From positions 32,001 to 96,000 of the IMG/VR virus record IMGVR_UViG_3300032224_000970: a stretch of DNA of 64,000 nt. The stretch is one strand, 5' to 3'. Made by a program: the position numbers and the translations under genes. Positions 20,160 to 30,709 of this stretch are shown here, in pieces. Numbering within the stretch: the first letter of the stretch is position 1; each line of letters starts with the position of its first letter. The DNA is from a virus. Under the pieces are notes generated by a model. It had not been told where the DNA came from, searched no databases, and saw nothing but the letters and a program-made list of their open reading frames with translations.

Positions 20160-23036
20160 ATGGCTCGTCAGTTAGTTGAAAAATATGTTTTTACTCCAGG
20201 AGTTGCGAACGTAGGTACGCTAAAGATTCCTGGTAAAATTGAATTAAATCAGTTATTGATTATTGCGAATAAAACTACACAAGAGAACATTTATGCTCTT
20301 GGTGATTCTACACGTAATGCATATTCGTTGTCTTATGATGCGACTGATACTACTACATTTTATGCACCTGAAGATGGTGTAACAACTATTACATTTGCCA
20401 AAGATACTTCGGCAATGTCAGCTAATGATAAAATTGCTGTTTATACTGATGCTCCAAAGAACGTAGGTAACATTGTTCGTCCATATGCTTTCGGTGTTGA
20501 TGCCATTGAACGTGCACGTGTTGCCACTCCACAAGCATTGATTGATGCTGACTTTGAGTATGGTCTTCAACCAACAAAGTGGCAGAACTATACAGATATT
20601 CGTGGAATCCCAGGTATCTTTGAAAAGCCAGGACTTGACTTAGCAATTACAGCAGTTACTACTGATGGAGCAACCCCATCAGTTATTACAGTAACCACAT
20701 CATCTGCACATGGTTTATCTGCTGGTGATCCTGTTATTATTTACGGTCTTGGAAACGTGAGCACTTATGCTCGAGCCGAAGGCGCATTTATTGCTGCTAC
20801 CATTCCAACCAGCACAACATTCACTTATTATGCAAAAGGTACTATAGGTACCAATGGACAATCTTTATTTACTGGTTCAACTTATGGACGTAAGGCTGGT
20901 TTCTTCGCTGGAGCAAACTTACCAGTTGCTAGTATCGCAAGTGATGCAGCATCTCCATCAGTTATTACAGTGACAACTACAAATAACCATGGTTTAGTTC
21001 CAGGGTCGACTCTAATTTGTGTTGCTACTTCTGTTGGTACAAATCACAGTTTAATGACTGGAACTATCTACGCTGAAACAGTCCCATCAGCAACTACATT
21101 TACATTTACTGCCAGAGCAGGTGGTGCTGTAGCGAACTCTTCTATCACAGCAAACATATACACTCGTTCTGATGCTTTTGTTTTACACAGACCATTTGAT
21201 GGTGGTGTTCAACTTGGTCCATTTAATCCAACACATGGCGCATCTGTTTCACGTCAAACTAAAAAATATATGCGTTACCAATCTGGTAAGGGATTATTAT
21301 GGACGTCAGGTGTATTGTTTAATCCAGTTCTTAACTTAGATCAGATTTCTGCATCAAGCACTTCTGTAGGTGCAACTGTTACAGTAACTACAGAAACCGA
21401 CCATGGTCTACAGGCTGGCGCAAGTATTTTAATTTCAGGTGTTGTTACTTCTGGATATAATGGAACATATACTGTTAATGCAGTAACATCTGAAAATACA
21501 TTTACTTATGTGGCGACAAGTGCTCCAGGATTAACAAATGCTGTTATTACAAACCTTCCACGTGTAACTATTAAAAATTGGCATGGTGCAGCGGTTCGTG
21601 TTGGTCCATTCGATGACCAAAATGGATTATACTGGGAATTTGATGGAGTAGAATTGGCAGTAGGTAAGCGTTCTGCAACATATCAGTTATCTGGTAATGT
21701 AGCAGTAAATGCAGCATCTCAAGCAGTAACTGGAACTTCTACTCGTTTCACGCAACAGTTAAAAGCAGGTGATCGTATTGTTATTCGTGGTATGACATAT
21801 ATGGTCAACTCTATTGCAAGTGATACATCTTTAACAATCAATCCAGAATTCCGTGGTGTCAATAACGTCTCTGGTGTTAAAATATCTTCAGTAATTGAAA
21901 CTCGTGTTCCACAGTCACAATTCAACGTAGACAAAATTGATGGAACTGGTTTCTCGGGTTACAATATTAACCTGAATAAAATGCAGATGTTGGGTATTTC
22001 TTCATCATGGTATGGTGCTGGTTTTATTGACTTTATGTGTCGTGGTGTTGATGGTAATATGGTTCTCGTTCATCGAATGAAACAGAACAACGTAAATGAT
22101 GAAGCATATATGCGTACAGGTAACGCTGCTGTTCGTTATCAGGCTATCAATGAATCTGCACGTGACAGACTTGCTGTTGCAATGACAAATAGTGATACCA
22201 CTATGACTCTTGCAGATGCTACACGTTTTCCAAATCCAGGCGCAACTTATCCAGCAGTAGTAATGTGTGAAGGCGAGCTAATTAGATATACCACTAAAAC
22301 AGGTAACGTGCTTTCTGGTTTAACACGTGGTTCTTCATTAACTCAATTTAGTGGTGGTCAATCTAGAACATTTACTGGAACTGCTGCAGCTGCTCATGCT
22401 TTGGGTAATGGATATAATTCAGTAACTTTGGTTAGTTGTACTGCAGCACCAGTTATTAATCACTGGGGTTCTTCTTATATCATGGATGGTGGATATGATC
22501 AAGATCGTGGTTACTTCTTTAACTATCCAAGAACAAATATTACATTAACAACTGGGCAAGCAGTAACAGCATTCTTTGTTCGTCTTGCACCTTCTGTTAG
22601 TAACTCAGTAGTAGGTACACTTGGTGATCGTGAACTTATTAATCGTTCACAGTTATTGCTACAAAGATTACAAATTCAGTCAGACCAATCATTACAGGTT
22701 TATGGTATTTTAAATCCAGGTAATATTGATGCGTCAGCATTAACATGGAACTCATTAAACCAAACATCATTCGGTTCTCAACCATCGTTTGCTCAGATCT
22801 CTACTAGCAGTGCAACAGTTGCAACTCCAGGAGAGCAGATCTTTTCAACACTGGCACCTCCAGGTGGTTTGAATGAAATTGACTTAACAGCACTTAAAGA
22901 ATTAACAAACTCGGCGATTGGTGGTTATAGTAACTACCCAGATGGTCCAGATAACTTAGCGATTGTAATTTCTAACCTTACAACTAACACAGCACGTGTA
23001 AGTCTTAACTTATTCTGGTCAGAAGCCCAAGCATAA
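20160..23036 (+). CDS. Large virion structural (baseplate/fibre-associated) protein
   Basis: LIDADFEYGLQPTKW, RQTKKYMRYQSGKG and HWGSSYIMDGG.D.DRGY motifs of a cyanophage-type structural protein; repeated T...HGL..GD modules. Confidence 0.65.
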   Translation: MARQLVEKYVFTPGVANVGTLKIPGKIELNQLLIIANKTTQENIYALGDSTRNAYSLSYDATDTTTFYAPEDGVTTITFAKDTSAMSANDKIAVYTDAPKNVGNIVRPYAFGVDAIERARVATPQALIDADFEYGLQPTKWQNYTDIRGIPGIFEKPGLDLAITAVTTDGATPSVITVTTSSAHGLSAGDPVIIYGLGNVSTYARAEGAFIAATIPTSTTFTYYAKGTIGTNGQSLFTGSTYGRKAGFFAGANLPVASIASDAASPSVITVTTTNNHGLVPGSTLICVATSVGTNHSLMTGTIYAETVPSATTFTFTARAGGAVANSSITANIYTRSDAFVLHRPFDGGVQLGPFNPTHGASVSRQTKKYMRYQSGKGLLWTSGVLFNPVLNLDQISASSTSVGATVTVTTETDHGLQAGASILISGVVTSGYNGTYTVNAVTSENTFTYVATSAPGLTNAVITNLPRVTIKNWHGAAVRVGPFDDQNGLYWEFDGVELAVGKRSATYQLSGNVAVNAASQAVTGTSTRFTQQLKAGDRIVIRGMTYMVNSIASDTSLTINPEFRGVNNVSGVKISSVIETRVPQSQFNVDKIDGTGFSGYNINLNKMQMLGISSSWYGAGFIDFMCRGVDGNMVLVHRMKQNNVNDEAYMRTGNAAVRYQAINESARDRLAVAMTNSDTTMTLADATRFPNPGATYPAVVMCEGELIRYTTKTGNVLSGLTRGSSLTQFSGGQSRTFTGTAAAAHALGNGYNSVTLVSCTAAPVINHWGSSYIMDGGYDQDRGYFFNYPRTNITLTTGQAVTAFFVRLAPSVSNSVVGTLGDRELINRSQLLLQRLQIQSDQSLQVYGILNPGNIDASALTWNSLNQTSFGSQPSFAQISTSSATVATPGEQIFSTLAPPGGLNEIDLTALKELTNSAIGGYSNYPDGPDNLAIVISNLTTNTARVSLNLFWSEAQA

Positions 23037-23039
23037 ATA
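23033..23039 (+). promoter_or_regulatory. Putative late promoter (ATAAATA)
   Basis: Overlaps the stop codon and precedes the neck operon. Confidence 0.5.
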
Positions 23040-23059
23040 TACAGGAATAGAGGAAAACT

Positions 23060-23548
23060 ATGGCAACACAAGTACAATTTCGAAGAGGAACTACTCTACA
23101 GAACAATGCGTTTACTGGTGCGTTGGGCGAGATCACAGTTGATACTGATTTAAAAACCTTACGTATCCATGATGGCACAACTGCAGGTGGTGGATCTACT
23201 GTTGTTACACTTGCTGGTTCGCAAACTTTAACCAACAAAACTATTGGCTCTGGTTCTTCTTATACAGGAACTGCAATTGCACTAGCATATGGTGGTACTG
23301 GTTCTTCTCTATCTGCAGTACAAGGTGCAGTTACATACTCTGGTGCTTCTGGTTTAGCGTTATCTCTAGCAGGAACAGCTGGACAAATTTTAGTTTCTGG
23401 TGGTACAGGATCTCCAACATGGACTGCTTCAGGAACATCTGGACAATTATTGCAGTCTAATGGTTCTGGTTCTACTCCAACATGGGTAACAGCAACATAC
23501 GCAAGCACTGGTAAAGCAATCGCCATGGCAATGGTGTTCGGAGGATAA
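23060..23548 (+). CDS. Short fibre protein with Mtd-like N-terminal domain
   Basis: QVQFRRGTT...FTGALGEITVDTD...HDGTTAGG; C-terminal TGKAIAMAMVFGG. Confidence 0.7.
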   Translation: MATQVQFRRGTTLQNNAFTGALGEITVDTDLKTLRIHDGTTAGGGSTVVTLAGSQTLTNKTIGSGSSYTGTAIALAYGGTGSSLSAVQGAVTYSGASGLALSLAGTAGQILVSGGTGSPTWTASGTSGQLLQSNGSGSTPTWVTATYASTGKAIAMAMVFGG

Positions 23549-23549
23549 T

Positions 23550-24509
23550 ATGGCGATCCCAACAACAAGAGAAACACTAAAGCAATATTGCTTACGTGAC
23601 TTAGGTGCGCCAGTACTAGAGATTAACGTAGATGACGATCAGTTAGAAGATCGTATCGATCAGGCACTTGACTTTTGGCGTCTATATCACTATGATGGTA
23701 TAGAGAAAATGTATATGAAGCATCAAATACGTGCTTCTGAAATTACATTAACAACTTCTACTGCTACATCATTTAATCTTGCTGAAAACATTACAGGTGG
23801 AACTTCTGGTGCAACAGCACAAGTTTGTAAAGAAACACAAAGATCTTCTTCAGGTACATTGTTGTTAGTGAGAGATGTCACTGGAACTTTTGTAGCTGGT
23901 GAAACTATTACAGGTTCTGCAGGACATACTGCAGTAGTATCATCTGTAACTCTGCGTGAGTATGATAACAAATATATTGAGATCAACGATTGGGTTTATG
24001 GAATAACACGTGTTATTCCTTTTGCGAATGCATCTTCATCTAAAAATCTATTCGACTTACAATATCAATTACGTTTGAATGACTTGTATGATTTAACATC
24101 TACATCAATCGTTTACTACAAAACAGTAATGAGTCATTTGGCTATGTTGGATCTAGAACTAAATGGTTATCCAATGTATCGTTTCAATCGTATGCAAGGA
24201 CGTTTGTATCTAGATATTAACTGGGCTACAGATATTCCTCTTGGAGACTACATTGTTGTTGAAGCATATCGTGCACTTGATCCAACAACATGGAGTAAAA
24301 TTTGGAATGAACAGTGGCTAAAGAAATATGTTACTTCATTGTTTAAAAGACAGTGGGGAACTAACTTAAAGAAATTCTCTGGTATTCAACTTCCAGGTGG
24401 TGTAACTTTGGATGGAGATAAACTATTCTCTGAAGCCACTGAAGAAATTGCGCAGTTAGAAGATGAGTTGATGCGTAAATCTGCACCTCTTGAATTTTTC
24501 CTTGGATAA
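23550..24509 (+). CDS. gp13: Neck protein gp13
   Basis: YCLRDLGAPVLEINVDDDQLEDRID; QWGTNLKKFSGIQLPGGVTLDG. Confidence 0.92.
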   Translation: MAIPTTRETLKQYCLRDLGAPVLEINVDDDQLEDRIDQALDFWRLYHYDGIEKMYMKHQIRASEITLTTSTATSFNLAENITGGTSGATAQVCKETQRSSSGTLLLVRDVTGTFVAGETITGSAGHTAVVSSVTLREYDNKYIEINDWVYGITRVIPFANASSSKNLFDLQYQLRLNDLYDLTSTSIVYYKTVMSHLAMLDLELNGYPMYRFNRMQGRLYLDINWATDIPLGDYIVVEAYRALDPTTWSKIWNEQWLKKYVTSLFKRQWGTNLKKFSGIQLPGGVTLDGDKLFSEATEEIAQLEDELMRKSAPLEFFLG

Positions 24510-24512
24510 TTA

Positions 24513-25442
24513 ATGCCAACAAATGTATACTTCACACAGGGAACTAAGAACGAACAGTACTTAGTTGAAGACCTGATCATAGAATCATTGAGAATCTATG
24601 GACAGGAGATGTTTTACATTCCAAGAACACTGGTTGCAAAAGATGAAATCCTTGGTGAAGATCGTTTAAGTCAATTTACTTCTTCATTTCCAATCGAAAT
24701 GTATTTTGAGAATGTAGATAACTTTGGTGGGCAGGGTGCATTCATTCAGAAGTTTGGTTTGATGATGGAGCAGTCTGCAACTCTTGTAGTTGCTCGCAGA
24801 CGCTGGGAACAATTCATTGGTCGCTATGATAAGACAATTATACCAACTCGTCCATGCGAGGGAGATTTAATTTATTTCCCACTAACTAAAGGTATGTTCG
24901 AAATTAAATTCGTACAACACCAAGACCCATTCTACCAGTTGGGTAAACTATATGTTTACAAACTTCAAGTTGAACTATTCCAGTATTCTTCAGAGCGTAT
25001 CGATACTGGAGTTGCTGCTATCGATGCATTTGAAACACTTAAAACATTCAGTACCAATACTACTCGCAATCCATATGGTGCTGTAACTTCTATCAGTCTA
25101 ACCAATCAAGGATCTGGTTATTCATCAGCACCAACAGTTTCCTTTACAAGTTCTTCTGGTGTTGGCGCAACTGCTACTGCAGTATTAGGTACTGGCGTAA
25201 ATGCAGGTAAGGTTATTCGTGTAGATGTAACAGAGGGTGGTGTTAGTTATGCTACCGCACCTGTTGTTAACTTCACTGGTGGATCCCCATCAGTAGCTGC
25301 TGTTGCAACTGCAAGCATTGATATCGACATAGATCGAAGCGAATCTTTTGGAGATAATAATTCCTTCAAAACACAAGCGCAAGATATTTTATTCAGCTCA
25401 ACAAATCCATTCGGTGAAATAGACGTAGATCATAACCCATAA
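24513..25442 (+). CDS. gp14: Neck protein gp14
   Basis: EQYLVEDLIIESLRIYG..MFYIPR; RPCEGDLIYFP; PFYQLGK; NPFGE. Confidence 0.92.
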   Translation: MPTNVYFTQGTKNEQYLVEDLIIESLRIYGQEMFYIPRTLVAKDEILGEDRLSQFTSSFPIEMYFENVDNFGGQGAFIQKFGLMMEQSATLVVARRRWEQFIGRYDKTIIPTRPCEGDLIYFPLTKGMFEIKFVQHQDPFYQLGKLYVYKLQVELFQYSSERIDTGVAAIDAFETLKTFSTNTTRNPYGAVTSISLTNQGSGYSSAPTVSFTSSSGVGATATAVLGTGVNAGKVIRVDVTEGGVSYATAPVVNFTGGSPSVAAVATASIDIDIDRSESFGDNNSFKTQAQDILFSSTNPFGEIDVDHNP

Positions 25443-26188
25443 TGTTAAACAATCAAGTTTTCTACCACGGAATAATTCGCAAGTGTATTGTAGGATTTGG
25501 CACGTTATTCAGCGACATCTATATCGATCGTAAATCTGGTGGCTCTGTAGAGGGTACTACTGTTCAACGATTACAGGTTCCTCTTGCATATGCACCAAAA
25601 GAAAAATGGCTAGTTCGTTTGGATTCAGATCCAACCTTAGAGAATCACACTTATATTTCTTTACCACGTATGTCCTTTGAGATTACTGGGTATCAGTATG
25701 ATTCTGCAAGAAAAACTAATCGTATGCAGAAAATTACATGCGGTACAGGTGACACTTCTATGTCATATATGTACTCACCTGTTCCTTACAATATTGATAT
25801 TTCTTTCTATGTGTTAACTAAAACACAAGAAGACGGTATGCAAATTATTGAACAAATTCTTCCAACATTTACACCTGAGTATACTCTATCAATTAATGTA
25901 ATTCCTGATATGAATGTTATTCAAGACATTCCAATCATCCTTAACAGTATATCAGTGCAGGATGATTATGATGGAGACTTTCAAACACGTCGTTTCGTTA
26001 CACATACTTTAAACTTTACACTTAAAACAAATATCTTTGGTGCGATTACTGGACAGGGTGTTATTGCTCAGGTTAATTCTAATATTGGATTGAATGAGAA
26101 CTTCACCAATCCAGTAAGAGCATATGTTGCTGATGGTGATGTAACTACTGCAACTGTTACTAATGAAACATGGACTTCTGATTTCTAA
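25442..26188 (+). CDS. gp15: Tail terminator / sheath stabiliser gp15
   Basis: FYHGIIRK..VGFGTLF; VPLAYAPKEK; LPRMSFE; QIIEQILP.F.P. Confidence 0.92.
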   Translation: MLNNQVFYHGIIRKCIVGFGTLFSDIYIDRKSGGSVEGTTVQRLQVPLAYAPKEKWLVRLDSDPTLENHTYISLPRMSFEITGYQYDSARKTNRMQKITCGTGDTSMSYMYSPVPYNIDISFYVLTKTQEDGMQIIEQILPTFTPEYTLSINVIPDMNVIQDIPIILNSISVQDDYDGDFQTRRFVTHTLNFTLKTNIFGAITGQGVIAQVNSNIGLNENFTNPVRAYVADGDVTTATVTNETWTSDF

Positions 26189-27768
26189 TGGCACAAATTT
26201 ATAATGCTAATGTGAATTTGAAAGCAGCTGGGGTAAAGGTTCAATTTACTCCAGAACAAATTCAAGAGTACCTAAAGTGTAAAGCAGATCCTGTTTACTT
26301 TATTGAGAACTATTGTAAGATTGTTTCTCTTGACCATGGTTTGATTCCCTTCAAACTTTATCCATGTCAGGTCAATAAAGTAAATATGATTCACAACAAC
26401 CGTAAGGTTATCCTTATGGAAGGTCGTCAGCAGGGTAAGACGACTACGTCCGCAGCCTATATTCTTTGGTATACAATTTTCCAAGATGAGAAGACTGTAG
26501 CGATCCTTGCAAATAAAGCAACTGCTGCACGTGAGGTTCTTCATCGTTATCAGTTGATGTATGAAAATCTACCCAAGTGGATGCAACAGGGTGTTATTAC
26601 TTGGAACAAAGGTGACATTGAGTTGGAGAATAAGTCGCTAGTGTTTACTGCAGCTACAACTACTTCTGGTATTCGTGGTAAATCTGTTAACTTACTTTAC
26701 GTTGACGAAACTGCAATTATTCCAAACACAGTTGCCGAAGAATTCTTTACTTCAGTTTATCCAACTATTTCTGCTGGTGAAACTACAAAGATTCTATTGT
26801 CTTCAACTCCATTGGGTTACAACCACTTTTGGAAATTCTGGAATGATGCTGAGAACAAGAGAAATGACTTTGTCCCACTTTACATTCCTTACTGGGAAAT
26901 TCCTGGACGTGATGAGAAATGGGCAGAAGCGCAACGTCGTCAGTTGGGTGATCTGAAATATAATCAAGAGGTACTCTGTAAGTTCCTTGGTTCTTCATTG
27001 ACTTTGTTCAATGCAGATGTTATCGCAAGAATGAGTTTGGCTCAGACTGTCTACTCAAAAGATGGTTTAGATATATACGAGAAGCCACAAAGAGCGCATA
27101 CATATGTGATTGTTGCAGATACTGCAAAGGGTGTTGGTGGTGACTACTCTGCCTTTACCATTGTAGATATCACTGAAGTTCCATATAAAATGATTGGTAA
27201 GTACCGCAACAATAATATCAGCCCACTTCTATATCCAAATGTAGTCTATGAGGTGGGTAAGCAATATAATAATGCATATATTTTGGTAGAAATAAATTCT
27301 AGTGAACAGGTTCCGCATATTCTATACCAAGAGTTGGAATATGAGAATATTCTTTTTGTGAATAGAACAACTGGATCTCAGGTAGTTTCTGGTGGATTCG
27401 GTGGAGGTAAAACCCAGTTGGGTGTAAATACGGACAAGAAGGTCAAAAGGATCGGGTGTCATAACTTCAAGTCCCTAGTAGAAGAAAACAAATTATTAAT
27501 AGAGGATGCCGATACTATTTCAGAGATCTCGACTTTCATTGAGAAGAAAGGATCTTATGAGGCAGATGATGGCTACCATGATGACTTAGTTATGAGTTTG
27601 GTTCTGTTTAGTTGGCTTACAACTAACCCTTATTTCAAAGACCTAAATAATATTAATCTGAGAGAAATAATGTATAAGAAACAGATGCAAGCGATCGAGG
27701 ATGAGTTGACACCATTCGGAGTTTATGACGATGGACACATTGAAGAACCAGCCCCTCTAAATTTTTAG
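26188..27768 (+). CDS. gp17: Terminase large subunit gp17
   Basis: RQQGKTT Walker A, LLYVDE Walker B, SSTPLG.NHF, DTAKGVGGDYS, GYHDDLVM nuclease motifs. Confidence 0.95.
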   Translation: MAQIYNANVNLKAAGVKVQFTPEQIQEYLKCKADPVYFIENYCKIVSLDHGLIPFKLYPCQVNKVNMIHNNRKVILMEGRQQGKTTTSAAYILWYTIFQDEKTVAILANKATAAREVLHRYQLMYENLPKWMQQGVITWNKGDIELENKSLVFTAATTTSGIRGKSVNLLYVDETAIIPNTVAEEFFTSVYPTISAGETTKILLSSTPLGYNHFWKFWNDAENKRNDFVPLYIPYWEIPGRDEKWAEAQRRQLGDLKYNQEVLCKFLGSSLTLFNADVIARMSLAQTVYSKDGLDIYEKPQRAHTYVIVADTAKGVGGDYSAFTIVDITEVPYKMIGKYRNNNISPLLYPNVVYEVGKQYNNAYILVEINSSEQVPHILYQELEYENILFVNRTTGSQVVSGGFGGGKTQLGVNTDKKVKRIGCHNFKSLVEENKLLIEDADTISEISTFIEKKGSYEADDGYHDDLVMSLVLFSWLTTNPYFKDLNNINLREIMYKKQMQAIEDELTPFGVYDDGHIEEPAPLNF

Positions 27769-27782
27769 AAATGTGGCTTTTC

Positions 27783-27789
27783 CTAAATA
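27783..27789 (+). promoter_or_regulatory. Putative late promoter upstream of gp18
   Basis: CTAAATA, with a second ATAAATA at about 27820, in the gp17-gp18 gap. Confidence 0.6.
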
Positions 27790-27855
27790 AATTAGTGATA
27801 TCCATGCTTGTCAGAGCACAATAAATAACATGTTAATGTAATAAGGAGAATTACA

Positions 27856-30054
27856 ATGCCTTTTCAACTAAGTCCTGGCGTTGCAGTCGTAGAGAAAGAT
27901 TTCTCTTCAATCGTTCCAGCAGTAGCTACCTCAACAGGTGCATTTGCAGGTACTTTCCAATGGGGTCCAGTTCTTGATCCCGTAACAGTGAATTCAGAGA
28001 ATGTTCTGGTTCAGCGTTTTGGTAAGCCAAAAGACGAGAATGCAACCTCATTTTTCACTGCTGCAAATTTTTTATCTTATACCAACAATATGTTGGTTGT
28101 TCGTGCAGATACTGTAAACCATAAGAATGCTGTAACTACCCAAACAGGTGGTATTACATCAGTAACTATTGGTGGTACAAACTCTGGTTATTCTTCAACT
28201 TCTGCTGCTCCTACTATTACTGTTGGTGCTCCACAAATTACTGGTGGAACTCAAGCAGTTCTAACTGCAGTTCTTTCTGGTGGTGCGATTACTGCTGTTG
28301 CAGTTTCTAGTGGTGGTACTGGATATAGTGGAACTCCAACTGTTACTATTACTTCTCCATCTGGTGGTTCTGGTGCTACATTTACAGTAACAACTTCTGG
28401 TGGTGTAATTACTGCTGTTACAGTTGTAACTGGTGGATCTGGTTATAAAGGTACTGTTACTGCTTCTTTCTCTGGTGGCGGTGGTTCTGGTGCTTCTGCT
28501 GGCGCAGTTACTGTAGGAACATCATCTATCTCTAGCGTAACTATTACTACTGCTGGTACTGGTTATACTTCTGCTCCAACTGCTACTCTTAGCGGTACTG
28601 CAACTCTTACACCTACAATCACTGTTGGTGGTGTTAAGATTAATAATGCTAATGATTACCAAGCAACTTATGTTAATGGTGCTGGTGTTATGGGTCAGTG
28701 GGCTGCAAAATTCCCAGGAGAATTAGGTAATGGTCTAAAAGTTTCAATGGCTGACTATGAAACTTATACTGATTGGACTTACGAAAATGAATTCGATGGT
28801 AAGCCAGATACTTCTGATTATGCTACTGGCGTAAGCGGAACTAATGACGAACTGCATGTTATCGTTATTGACGAAACAGGTGTATGGACTGGTGTTCCAG
28901 GAACCATCCTTGAAAAATTTGCATACCTATCAAAAGCATCTGATGCTAAAAAAGGCGATGGTACTAATAACTACTATCGTGATGTAATCAACAGTCGTTC
29001 AGCATATATCTGGTGGATGGATCATCCAACTGCATTGGCTTCTACACACCAAGGAACTGCTGGTGGTACTGCATGGGGTACTGCTGCATCTAGCAAGAAC
29101 TTCAAAGATCTTACTGCTGCAATTACTGTTCAATTGTCAGGTGGTGTTGATGATCTAACTGCAACTGATGGTCAGTTAATGACTGCATGGGATATCTTTG
29201 CTGATGATGGTCAGTATGACATTTCTCTATTGCCAGTAGGTAAAGCATCTACTACTGTTGCTAACTACGTTATTAGCAACATTGCAGAAACTCGTCTTGA
29301 CTGCGTAGCATTTGTTTCACCACAAGATACTACTTCTGGTGATGTTATCATCGGTTCTGGTTCTGATGCAACTGATGCAATCAATGAATACCGTGATGCG
29401 CTACCAAGCACTTCATACGCTGTTATGGATTCTGGTTACAAATATCAGTATGATCGTTACAATGATGTATATCGTTGGATTCCATTGAATGGCGATACTG
29501 CTGGTCTATGTGCTCGTACTGACTACACTAATGACCCATGGTTCTCTCCAGGTGGTCTAAATCGTGGTCAAATCAAGAACGTAGTTAAACTATCACACAA
29601 CCCAACTAAAACAGATCGTGATACTCTGTATAAGAATGGTGTTAACCCAGTTGTTACCTTCCCAGGACAAGGTACTGTTCTATTCGGTGATAAGACATTG
29701 CTTGCTAAGCCAAGTGCATTTGATCGCATTAACGTGCGTCGTCTATTCATCGTTCTTGAGAAAGCAATTGCTACTGCTTCTAAATTCCAGTTGTTCGAAT
29801 TTAATGACAGCTTTACTCGTGCTCAATTCAAGAATCTAGTAGAACCATTCCTACGTGATGTTCAGGGTCGTCGTGGTATCACTGAATTCGTTGTTAAGTG
29901 CGATGCAACTAACAACACTGGTGAAGTTATCGACCGTAACGAGTTCGTTGCAGATATCTTCATTAAGCCAAATCGTTCTATCAACTTTATCACTCTCAAT
30001 TTCATCGCTGCTCGTTCTAGCATTGCCTTTAGCGAAATTGGTGGTGGTCAATAA
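27856..30054 (+). CDS. gp18: Tail sheath protein gp18
   Basis: SPGVAVVEKD; PWFSPGGLNRG; SAFDRINVRRLF; IKPNRSINFITLNF. Confidence 0.95.
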   Translation: MPFQLSPGVAVVEKDFSSIVPAVATSTGAFAGTFQWGPVLDPVTVNSENVLVQRFGKPKDENATSFFTAANFLSYTNNMLVVRADTVNHKNAVTTQTGGITSVTIGGTNSGYSSTSAAPTITVGAPQITGGTQAVLTAVLSGGAITAVAVSSGGTGYSGTPTVTITSPSGGSGATFTVTTSGGVITAVTVVTGGSGYKGTVTASFSGGGGSGASAGAVTVGTSSISSVTITTAGTGYTSAPTATLSGTATLTPTITVGGVKINNANDYQATYVNGAGVMGQWAAKFPGELGNGLKVSMADYETYTDWTYENEFDGKPDTSDYATGVSGTNDELHVIVIDETGVWTGVPGTILEKFAYLSKASDAKKGDGTNNYYRDVINSRSAYIWWMDHPTALASTHQGTAGGTAWGTAASSKNFKDLTAAITVQLSGGVDDLTATDGQLMTAWDIFADDGQYDISLLPVGKASTTVANYVISNIAETRLDCVAFVSPQDTTSGDVIIGSGSDATDAINEYRDALPSTSYAVMDSGYKYQYDRYNDVYRWIPLNGDTAGLCARTDYTNDPWFSPGGLNRGQIKNVVKLSHNPTKTDRDTLYKNGVNPVVTFPGQGTVLFGDKTLLAKPSAFDRINVRRLFIVLEKAIATASKFQLFEFNDSFTRAQFKNLVEPFLRDVQGRRGITEFVVKCDATNNTGEVIDRNEFVADIFIKPNRSINFITLNFIAARSSIAFSEIGGGQ

Positions 30055-30059
30055 TCACG

Positions 30060-30066
30060 ATAAATA
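30060..30066 (+). promoter_or_regulatory. Putative late promoter upstream of gp19
   Basis: ATAAATA just upstream of the AAGGAG SD. Confidence 0.6.
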
Positions 30067-30084
30067 GGATAAAGGAGATAACAA

Positions 30085-30684
30085 ATGGCAAATATTGCTG
30101 ACTTTAAAGCCCAGATGATTGGTGGCGGTGCTCGCCCTAATCAATTCCGAGTTGAACTATCATTCCCATCATTTGTTACTGGTGGTATTCTAGCAGGACA
30201 ACAGGCTCAGTTCCTGTGCAAGTCTGCTCAGCTACCAGCTTCCACTTTAGAGAACATCTCTGTTCTTTATCGTGGTCGCCCAGTTAACTTTGCTGGCGAG
30301 CGTACTTTCCAACCATGGACAATTACAATTTACAACGACACTACTTTCTCAATCCGTAATGCGATTGAACAGTGGCAAGCTGGTATTCAGAACTATTCTG
30401 CAACTACTGGTCGTGTAAATCCACGTGATTATCAGGTTGACATGAACGTACACCAACTAGATCGTAATGGTGCATCTGTTAAGATCTACAAATTCGTTGA
30501 TGCTTACCCAACTACTATTGGCGCAATTGCTCTTGACTATGAGCAACAAAACCAAATTGAAACATTTGACGTAGAATTCCAATACAACTTCTTTACTAGC
30601 AATAGCACTGAAGGTAACAGCTTTGGTGTTAACGTCGCTGTTAATACTCCAATCGGTACGTTCCCAATTCCAATTGGTACTTAA
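30085..30684 (+). CDS. gp19: Tail tube protein gp19
   Basis: GGARPNQFRV; FLCKSAQLP; GERTFQPWTITIYND; VHQLDRNG. Confidence 0.93.
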   Translation: MANIADFKAQMIGGGARPNQFRVELSFPSFVTGGILAGQQAQFLCKSAQLPASTLENISVLYRGRPVNFAGERTFQPWTITIYNDTTFSIRNAIEQWQAGIQNYSATTGRVNPRDYQVDMNVHQLDRNGASVKIYKFVDAYPTTIGAIALDYEQQNQIETFDVEFQYNFFTSNSTEGNSFGVNVAVNTPIGTFPIPIGT

Positions 30685-30709
30685 TCGATAAAAAGGGTTT
30701 AATTTAATT

